Source: Pyrodictium abyssi
GTDB taxonomy: Archaea > Thermoproteota > Thermoprotei_A > Sulfolobales > Pyrodictiaceae
DNA: 32,000 bases
Reading direction: 5' to 3'
Assembly (NCBI RefSeq): GCF_036323395.1
Contig: NZ_AP028907.1
Coordinates: 870,001 to 902,000, forward strand
This document shows, piece after piece, positions 25,337 to 32,000 of this stretch. Under the pieces are notes generated by a model, which had not been told where the DNA came from, did no database searches, and saw only the letters and a program-made list of their open reading frames with translations. How positions within the stretch are numbered: the first letter of the stretch is position 1; the number at the start of each line of letters is the position of its first letter. Both the position numbers and the translations under genes were made by a program.

Positions 25337-25434
25337 GAGACAGAACTCTTACAGCCGGCAATGTGTGGGAAACAGTGGGACAGCTAGGAACAATACCATT
25401 CACGCCCTACAGCGTCTAACCGGGTGACGGAGAT

Positions 25435-26394
25435 TTGATATGCAGTGTCAGCATCTACGTGGACGCGACGGGCTCTACGGCCAACGTGCTCTACGAGACT
25501 ACATGCGAGATGGTGTACATGTGTAGCAGCGCGGAGGTCGAAGTAGTTGGAGGCAGCGCTGAGACAACCGGGGAAAACGGTTGCATTGTGGCTCAAAGCA
25601 GAGGCGGAAAGACTACCTTAAGACTAAGGTATGGCGACCCCTATGCTGCCCTAACAAGCACGCCAGCGCGGCCAGCACTGCCACAGCCATACCCGCCCTA
25701 CGCTGTGGTCGACGCGAGCATCGTAGTAGATACCAAGCCTGGTGTAGACGCCTACGGGCTGCCGTTCCGCAAGACGGGGGTTGTTACTCTAACACAGCGT
25801 ACCCTCCTAGAAGGCCGCTCGATACTCCAGCTAGCTATAGCTGATACAGTCATAGATGAGGCAGTAGCTATCGTAAAGCAGCTAGGCTGGCTAGAGGCCT
25901 CATACCCCTTGCTATCCGGTGTAGAAGCTGTGGACGAACTGAAGTACTGTGAGGCGCTCCGGGGCTACGGGCTAAGGGCTTGGGGCGAGTGCGTCAACAA
26001 GCTTGGAGGAATAACAGCTAGTGAGCATCTAGCAGCGCTTAGTAGAGCCCTGGGCAACAAGCTAGTTTTCGAAGCCCTAGCATCAAGACTATATGCAGGA
26101 ACCGGATTAAACTCAGCTATAGACCCGCTATCTCTGGCTAAACGCCTCTACGAGAGAAGGCAGGTAGCACCAGTCATAGCAAGCATGCAGGGCAAACATG
26201 TAGTCATAGAAGGCCTAAGCGGGGTTACTCTATGGCTACGTGGCAGTCTAGATGGGGTAGAAAGAATAGAGGGGGTAAAGCTAGGTAGCGAGCCCATAGC
26301 GGTAGACGATATGTACAGGGAAGTCGCAGTAGTATGCAGATGGTGCTGGGAGCCACTACAGCTGTTCGAGAAACACAGACTAGTGGGCAACTAG
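25435..26394 (+). CDS. hypothetical protein (319 aa), no recognisable family
   Basis: TTG start, with an in-frame stop at 25417. A beta-rich N-terminal third is followed by a helical C-terminal part. The last 15 nt overlap the 3' end of rad50 (convergent). Confidence 0.55.
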   Translation: MICSVSIYVDATGSTANVLYETTCEMVYMCSSAEVEVVGGSAETTGENGCIVAQSRGGKTTLRLRYGDPYAALTSTPARPALPQPYPPYAVVDASIVVDTKPGVDAYGLPFRKTGVVTLTQRTLLEGRSILQLAIADTVIDEAVAIVKQLGWLEASYPLLSGVEAVDELKYCEALRGYGLRAWGECVNKLGGITASEHLAALSRALGNKLVFEALASRLYAGTGLNSAIDPLSLAKRLYERRQVAPVIASMQGKHVVIEGLSGVTLWLRGSLDGVERIEGVKLGSEPIAVDDMYREVAVVCRWCWEPLQLFEKHRLVGN

Positions 26395-29130
26395 CTCACG
26401 CACCGTCCCTGCACCAGCCACATCATCCCCAGGGGAGCGTATATTCACGACGCTTGCTCCATCGACTTTGACCACCTCTACAACCTTGTCCGCGGCGTCC
26501 TCTATCTCCCTGTCATGCGTTACCACTATTAGCTGTAGTAGCCCACTAGCTTCAAGACCATACTTGATAATCTCTACCAGTTCACGCCTCTTCTCCTCGT
26601 CAAGATGTATAGTCGGCTCATCCATTATCATAGACTCTATGCGCTCCCCCACCACACGGGCCAAGGCAAGCCTGTATGCTATTGCAAGTGCTATACGCTC
26701 ACCACCACTGAGCATAGATACAGTCTTTTCGCCTTCACGCGTCACCAGGACGACGCTATAGTCGTCCTCAAGCCTAACATCGAGAAAGTCTATATTAAAC
26801 TTCATCAGCGTATCCCTTAGATGGTACTCGAGGATATTCCTCACAGCTTGCCGGAGGACCCTCGGGATACCTTCGGGGCCCAATGCGCGGCGTATCCTCT
26901 CCAGGGCGTGTATCGCATCCCCATAGCGCTGAAGCTCCTCTCTTAGCCTGGATACCCGGCTACGGAGAACCTCGGTCTTCGACACCATTGTCTCGAGCTT
27001 CTCCCGCATACCCTCGAGCCTGGCCACCCGGCTTCTAAGCTCCCTGAGCCTGTCCTCAAGCTCTACTAGCCTTGCCTCGGCATGCTCTAGTGCAGAGCCA
27101 ATGTCGCCGATCTCCTCAAGCTCGCTCACTATGCTCTCCAGCTCACTCCGCACCCTGTCTATCTCAGCCTCTAGTTTATGTAGCTTAGCTTCAGCCTGAG
27201 GAAGCCTGGCAGCCTCGCTACGAACGCTAGCAATATACTCACGGTAGTCGCTTATCCTTTTGGAGACCTCCTCGAGTCCTTCAAGGTCTAGACCAGCCCT
27301 ACTGAGTATATCCTTAAGCAGCTTCTCGCGCTCAGCTACCTCCTTCTCAAGCCTGGTTACCTCGGCCTCAAGAGACTTATACTCGTCAGCTAGCGCACGA
27401 AGCCTCTGGTACCTGTTCACCCATACCTCAAGCTCACGGAGCCTCTGCCTAGCCTCTTCATGCTCCTTGTACTTAGCGAAAAGCTCAAGGTACTGCTGCT
27501 GGAGCTCCTGCTTCTGCTTTTCGGCGTCATCGGCCTCTCTAAGCATGAGCTCGATGCTCTTAGCCTCTCCCTGGACGGTCCTTGCAAGCCTCTCTAGCAG
27601 CCTCTTCCGCGACTCTAAGTCCCGCAGTTCTCTGCGGAGCATGTGCTCCTGGGCTTCTAGCCTCTTCAGCTCGGCCTCGAGGCGCTTCTTCTGCGCCCTC
27701 ATCCTGGATATGAGTTCTACACGGTGCTCGTCGCTTAGAGGCCTACCACACAGAGGGCACTTACCCTGGGCTTCTGTGAGCTTCATAAGCTTCTCTTCCA
27801 GGTCACGTATCTCCGAGCGCTTAGCCTCAACTTGTCCATGAATGTTCTCAAGCTTCACCCTTGTAGCATCTATAGCCTTATCCAGACTTGAAATCATAGA
27901 CTCCATCTTCTCTATGATCTTGCCGGGTTCCCGGGGAAAATCTAGAGGCACTGCGGCCCTCAACTTATCTAGAAGGTTCCTCATCCTATTGTTTGCTCTT
28001 TCGCGGAGAAGCCTAGCTCTGGCTTCTAACTGCTCTAGTTGAGACTTTACATGAAGGTAGCGCTTACTATCGTGTTCAAGCTCGTCCACCACGGCTCGGA
28101 GTCGTTCATACTCCTCCTTTGCGTGCTCGGCTTCCGGAAGAGCTTCTAGTTCTGCTTCGATTCTCTCTAGTCTGGACCGGAGCGAGACCAAGAGTTGTCT
28201 ATCGCGGCTAACCTCGTTTGCGAGGCTTAATGCCTCCTCTAGTAGCCGTAGACTCTCTTCAAGCTTTTCAAGCTCCTTCAGCTCTTCATTGGCGTTTAGC
28301 GCTATCTCATACTCTCTCCTAGCCTCTTCGTACTCCTGCTCAAGCCTCCTTAGTGCCCGTTCGAGCTCCTCCTTCTTAGCGTTTAGGAAGTCGAAGCGCT
28401 GCTTAAGCCTCCGCAGCTCGTTGATACGATCCCTTAGCTGGACATACTCCTTCTCAGCTTCCTCTAGTAGAGGCTTCAGCCTTTCAAGCTCCTCAACAAC
28501 CTTACGGTACTCCCGAGCGCTCTCCTCGGCTTCACGTAGACGTGCTTCCTCTGTACGATACTGTTCCTCAAGCATACTCTTCTTTGCGCGTAGCAGACGG
28601 AGTATCGATGCTAAGCGCTCGTAAGCCTTCTCTATCGCCCTTAGCTTCAGAATAGTATTCATTACATCGATGCGTCTCTCCTTGTCCACTAGTATCTCGT
28701 CTATCTCCCCCTGCCTAGTCACGAGCAGTAAATCGGCTAGAACCGGGTCTATGCCTAGTATCTTCCGTAGCTCTGCTTTCACACTTTCAACGCCGCGTGC
28801 GAGAAGCCTGGTAGTGCCGTTGCCTACCTGGTAAAGGTATGCTTGCGTAGCACCATTGCGCTGTATAACCTTCTGCAGACGGTACCTACGCCCGTTAGCC
28901 GTGAACTCTACGCTAATGCGCGCTATGGAGGCTCCAAGCCTTATTAATGCGTCTTTGCGGCTGCGGGCGCCACGGCTGTGTGACCCAAATATCGCGTAGG
29001 TTATAGCATCGATAATGCTGGTCTTGCCGGCACCGTTTGGACCAACTATAGCTATTATGCCCCGTCCAAAGTCTACCCGTGTTCTCCGATGGCTCAGCAC
29101 GTTTTCCAGCTCTACGCGCTCTATTATCAA
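26380..29130 (-). CDS. rad50: DNA double-strand break repair ATPase Rad50
   Basis: TTG start. Walker A is GPNGAGKTS. A long E/K/R/L coiled coil carries the zinc hook CPLCGRPL (CPLC at 27748-27759). The signature is LSGGERIALA and Walker B is MIMDEPTIHLD. Confidence 0.95.
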   Translation of the reverse strand: MIIERVELENVLSHRRTRVDFGRGIIAIVGPNGAGKTSIIDAITYAIFGSHSRGARSRKDALIRLGASIARISVEFTANGRRYRLQKVIQRNGATQAYLYQVGNGTTRLLARGVESVKAELRKILGIDPVLADLLLVTRQGEIDEILVDKERRIDVMNTILKLRAIEKAYERLASILRLLRAKKSMLEEQYRTEEARLREAEESAREYRKVVEELERLKPLLEEAEKEYVQLRDRINELRRLKQRFDFLNAKKEELERALRRLEQEYEEARREYEIALNANEELKELEKLEESLRLLEEALSLANEVSRDRQLLVSLRSRLERIEAELEALPEAEHAKEEYERLRAVVDELEHDSKRYLHVKSQLEQLEARARLLRERANNRMRNLLDKLRAAVPLDFPREPGKIIEKMESMISSLDKAIDATRVKLENIHGQVEAKRSEIRDLEEKLMKLTEAQGKCPLCGRPLSDEHRVELISRMRAQKKRLEAELKRLEAQEHMLRRELRDLESRKRLLERLARTVQGEAKSIELMLREADDAEKQKQELQQQYLELFAKYKEHEEARQRLRELEVWVNRYQRLRALADEYKSLEAEVTRLEKEVAEREKLLKDILSRAGLDLEGLEEVSKRISDYREYIASVRSEAARLPQAEAKLHKLEAEIDRVRSELESIVSELEEIGDIGSALEHAEARLVELEDRLRELRSRVARLEGMREKLETMVSKTEVLRSRVSRLREELQRYGDAIHALERIRRALGPEGIPRVLRQAVRNILEYHLRDTLMKFNIDFLDVRLEDDYSVVLVTREGEKTVSMLSGGERIALAIAYRLALARVVGERIESMIMDEPTIHLDEEKRRELVEIIKYGLEASGLLQLIVVTHDREIEDAADKVVEVVKVDGASVVNIRSPGDDVAGAGTVRELVAH

Positions 29131-29133
29131 GGT

Positions 29134-30336
29134 TTACCGCCTCCCCTTTAGACCAAATACTTCTTCGATAAGACGTATTGCCTCGGCCTCGGCGTGGCTC
29201 TGCGGATCAGAACCTAGGACGTCGACTAGCTTCATTGCTAGGTGTGCCAGCTTTTCATCCCTCAGTACGTCCTTCAGCAGTTCTTCGAGCCGTATGGTCG
29301 ACGACGCCTTCTGTATCGAAGGGGGCAGTTTGGCCTCAACAGTGTCTATGCGTAGACGGTATGAAAGCACGTGACGCGAAACTATGCTCTCAACCATCTT
29401 GTAGACAGATGTCTTGGCACTACGGGGCACGTTCGACACAGTTAGATGAAGTAGAGGCTTCCGGTCATCGGGGTAGCGAGCTAGCCGGTCACGAAGCTTA
29501 ACTAGAACCGAACGCAGCGACTCCATACTACTGAACTCTATCTCCTCCACTATCTGCGGCCTGACCGTCTCCAGGGCTATACGGTCGGCAGAGATAGTCC
29601 GGCTTTTCCCCACCTCTGCCATAGCTACGTATCTCTGCGGCTGTGCCAATGCCTCGTCCACGCGTAGAGCCTCAGTAGAGCCGGGATAGACGGCTACAGA
29701 GTCACCTATAACAAAGCGGCGATAGAGATGTATATGGCCTAACGCATAGTAGGAATAGCCCTTAGGAAGATCACCCAGCTCAAGCTCGTAGTCTGGAGCG
29801 ATCTCGTGAAGAGTCTGGTGGAGGATCAACACCGAAGGCTTCCCGGAGCTAGAAGGGATCCTGGCAAGATGGTCCAGCAAACGCTGGCGCGCACCTAGGC
29901 CCTTTTCGTTGCGAACCCCGGCTACGAGAAGCTCCGCCCCGCTGCGTGTACGCACCAGCCTATGCTCCGGGCCGCGTAGGCCTATCACGGCTACAGTGTC
30001 TACAACGTCCTCTATTATGAGAAGTGGTGGGAGCATACGTCTACGCGGCAGATCATGGTCTCCAGGGACTACTATAAAAGGTATACCAGCTTGGCTTAGT
30101 CTGCGTAGAGACCTTATGGCATAGTGTATTGCCTGGGGCGGTGGACGTGTAGAGTCGAAGAAGTCACCAGAGTGTACTACGGCATCAACCCTTTCCCTAA
30201 GTGCTATCTCGACTACCTCATCGAAGACCCGGTATACGTCCATCTCCCTATCTATCAGCCCATACTGCCTATAGCCAAGATGAGTATCCGACACGTGAAG
30301 TATCTGGACAGATTCTGCAGTCATGCCTCCAAGCAC
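29134..30336 (-). CDS. mre11: DNA double-strand break repair nuclease Mre11
   Basis: Phosphoesterase motifs are LHVSDTHLG (30274-30300), HSGDFFD, VVPGDHD, ILHQ and LGHIH. The start is GTG 30336 or ATG 30324. The stop is 3 nt before the rad50 TTG. Confidence 0.93.
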   Translation of the reverse strand: MLGGMTAESVQILHVSDTHLGYRQYGLIDREMDVYRVFDEVVEIALRERVDAVVHSGDFFDSTRPPPQAIHYAIRSLRRLSQAGIPFIVVPGDHDLPRRRMLPPLLIIEDVVDTVAVIGLRGPEHRLVRTRSGAELLVAGVRNEKGLGARQRLLDHLARIPSSSGKPSVLILHQTLHEIAPDYELELGDLPKGYSYYALGHIHLYRRFVIGDSVAVYPGSTEALRVDEALAQPQRYVAMAEVGKSRTISADRIALETVRPQIVEEIEFSSMESLRSVLVKLRDRLARYPDDRKPLLHLTVSNVPRSAKTSVYKMVESIVSRHVLSYRLRIDTVEAKLPPSIQKASSTIRLEELLKDVLRDEKLAHLAMKLVDVLGSDPQSHAEAEAIRLIEEVFGLKGRR

Positions 30337-30383
30337 CTAGCGCAGCCCAGGGGTATCCCTCCTTCTAGGCGTGTAGGGTGATA

Positions 30384-31931
30384 CTACATGAACTCTGAGA
30401 CAAAGTCATCCACACTTGTAGCCTCGTCCATCGTCCTGCGAAGCGACACCCACTCAGCGACCACGTCTATATCGGCTCCTCCGAGACGCCCCTCATAGCG
30501 GTCTATCCGCACCAGGGCTGGTATGCGTATAAAGGGGCCTATAACCACGGCCTCCCCCGTGTTGAGAGACGGTAGGTGGGCTACTAGGTCGTCGCTCAGG
30601 CTCTCACTCGCTGCCTGGATGTAGCGCTGGTCACTCGGCTCCACTATCCGTAGCACTATGAGGTTGTTAGCCTGGCTAAGTATCTCCGGGTCTAGCCCCT
30701 TAGGCCTCTGGCTAACCAGCATCAGGCCTACGCCGAACTTACGCCCCTCGCGGGCTATTCTGGCGAGCCAGTACTTGGACAAGGTATCCTCATCCCTAGG
30801 GGCCAGTATGTGCGCCTCCTCCACGACTATGAGTATAGGGAACGGTATCTGGCTCGAGCCGGTGAGCTTGTGGCGCTTCCTTTCAGCTAGAACTATCCGC
30901 AGTACATGGCTTACCACAGCGTCGGCAGCGTCACGGTCTACGCGGCTCAAGTCAACAACGTTAGCGTAGCCAGGACGGATCCTCGACACCGGGTCAGCCG
31001 CGTCGTCACGTATTATGTCACCATAGCGCTCCTGGAGCGACTCAATCTTGTTAACCACGGCTGTTGCTGCAGTAGACTCCTCCCTCCTCCGGTGCGCCAT
31101 ACGCTCCACTATACTAGCCAATGTCTCCAGGAACCCGCCTCGCTCCTCGGAGCCGGACTCTCTCAGCTGTGATAAGGCCTTGCGTAGGACGCGCTCCTGG
31201 TTATAGTAGCGCTGCTCTATGCCCAGCAGAACCATCAGCTCCGATATGCTTAGCAGCCGTGGGTTTAGGACCGGGTCAATTACGTTGACATGGCCGCCGA
31301 GGTTCGAGCCAACATACTCGCCGTGGAAATCGAATATGAGCACAGTGCCCCCATGCCTAACAAGCCTATCAACTATTATGGCCACTGTGTTGCTCTTGCC
31401 GGCACCAGTAACAGCGAGAATTGCGGTATGCCTCGTAACCAACCTATTGACATTAACGTAGACCGGTATATCCGGGCGCGAGGCGAGCACGCCCAGACGA
31501 ACCCAGTAGGGCTCCTCGCCTCCGAACACACGCTTGAGCATCTCGCTAGGAGCACGATACACCCTGGCGCCTGGCAGAGGAGGTAGACGAGGCATACGAA
31601 GCGAGTCAACAGTACCCAGAAGCCTTGCAGTACACTCGAAGAATACGTCCTCGTCGCCCATTTCCGCGCTGAGCTTCTCGACTATAGTCGGATCATATAC
31701 TCCTGGCAGAGCGTTCAACGTTATGCTCCTAGTGCCGACCTGCTCGACCATCCCTAAGATAGCGCCGCCAGGGTGTTCTATCATAACGTAGTCGCCGACG
31801 GGTGGCGGATTTGACGAGACAAACCTAGCTATTACCGGTGTAGAGTTGTCTACGACGAAGCCTAGAGGCCCCTCATGAGTAGATGGGCTGCTCTCGGAGT
31901 TGTCATGCCTAGCGGTTCCTGCTCTGTGCAT
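30384..31931 (-). CDS. herA: HerA-type hexameric DNA helicase/translocase
   Basis: Walker A is AVTGAGKSNT (31392-31406 encodes GAGKS). Walker B is ILIVVEEAH. The N-terminal HAS-barrel-like region and the position upstream of mre11-rad50 fit HerA. Confidence 0.92.
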   Translation of the reverse strand: MHRAGTARHDNSESSPSTHEGPLGFVVDNSTPVIARFVSSNPPPVGDYVMIEHPGGAILGMVEQVGTRSITLNALPGVYDPTIVEKLSAEMGDEDVFFECTARLLGTVDSLRMPRLPPLPGARVYRAPSEMLKRVFGGEEPYWVRLGVLASRPDIPVYVNVNRLVTRHTAILAVTGAGKSNTVAIIVDRLVRHGGTVLIFDFHGEYVGSNLGGHVNVIDPVLNPRLLSISELMVLLGIEQRYYNQERVLRKALSQLRESGSEERGGFLETLASIVERMAHRRREESTAATAVVNKIESLQERYGDIIRDDAADPVSRIRPGYANVVDLSRVDRDAADAVVSHVLRIVLAERKRHKLTGSSQIPFPILIVVEEAHILAPRDEDTLSKYWLARIAREGRKFGVGLMLVSQRPKGLDPEILSQANNLIVLRIVEPSDQRYIQAASESLSDDLVAHLPSLNTGEAVVIGPFIRIPALVRIDRYEGRLGGADIDVVAEWVSLRRTMDEATSVDDFVSEFM

Positions 31932-32000
31932 TACAGTGTCGCCTCCAGTGCGACGTCGGCGTACAGGACCCGCCTGGTCTGATGCATACTAGCCTCTGGA
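31931..32000 (-). CDS. 3' end of an upstream co-oriented gene, translationally coupled to herA (possibly nurA)
   Basis: The minus-strand frame reads ...PEASMHQTRRVLYADVALEATL-stop. Its TAA (31933..31931) shares one base with the herA ATG (TAATG). The NurA guess rests only on the common nurA-herA pairing, because just 23 codons are visible. Confidence 0.35.
   Translation of the reverse strand, partial: PEASMHQTRRVLYADVALEATL

Noticed and set aside
25435-26394. The idea that this gene is an inverted nurA.
   Set aside because: The only DGS-like element is at residue 8-14, so there is no room for the NurA N-terminal region because an in-frame stop lies at 25417. The other catalytic motifs were not recognisable by eye. 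I left it as unknown.
27260-28624. Several + strand ORFs (193, 66 and 111 aa) inside rad50.
   Set aside because: They have extreme Ser/Leu content, produced by reading the antisense of the GAG/AAG/CTC-rich coiled-coil codons.
1-32000. A scan for CRISPR arrays, IS elements, integrases, toxin-antitoxin pairs or restriction-modification and defence modules.
   Set aside because: I found no regularly spaced direct repeats, no transposase- or integrase-like ORFs, and no defence-type domain combinations.

Overview
This 32 kb segment reads like a chromosome of a hyperthermophilic crenarchaeon, probably Desulfurococcales-like; this assignment is inference. Supporting signs are archaeal aRF1, AglB/STT3, a CdvB-type ESCRT-III paralogue, HerA-Mre11-Rad50, many GTG/TTG starts, ATA/AGG codon preference, and TATA-like boxes about 25-40 nt upstream of start codons. 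I call about 38 tightly packed protein genes. I saw no rRNA, tRNA, CRISPR array, transposase or integrase. Confidently recognised genes are aRF1, AlaX, an M50 metalloprotease, NMN adenylyltransferase, AglB, ornithine carbamoyltransferase, haem O synthase, MoaA, archaeal iPGM (ApgM), glutamine synthetase, and the DNA-end-resection cluster herA-mre11-rad50. I could not identify a clear-cut novel multi-gene system; nothing here resembles a defence island. The most unusual loci are these. (1) A 422-bp AT-rich, repeat-laden gap (4308-4729) lies next to a protein with two winged-helix domains. I read this as a candidate WhiP/Cdt1-type replication-origin module. (2) A cysteine-rich ORF in the argF-ctaB gap appears to share one TATA element with ctaB. 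(3) An 80-aa SemiSWEET/PQ-loop-like membrane gene sits 19 nt upstream of aglB. (4) A protein carries an intact JAMM motif behind an unrecognised 150-aa N-terminal domain. (5) A co-oriented run of small uncharacterised genes (9784-11964) includes one product ending in Gly-Gly. (6) An unknown 319-aa gene occupies the position downstream of rad50 where nurA is usually found. All family assignments come from motif recognition by eye and from memory; no searches were run.
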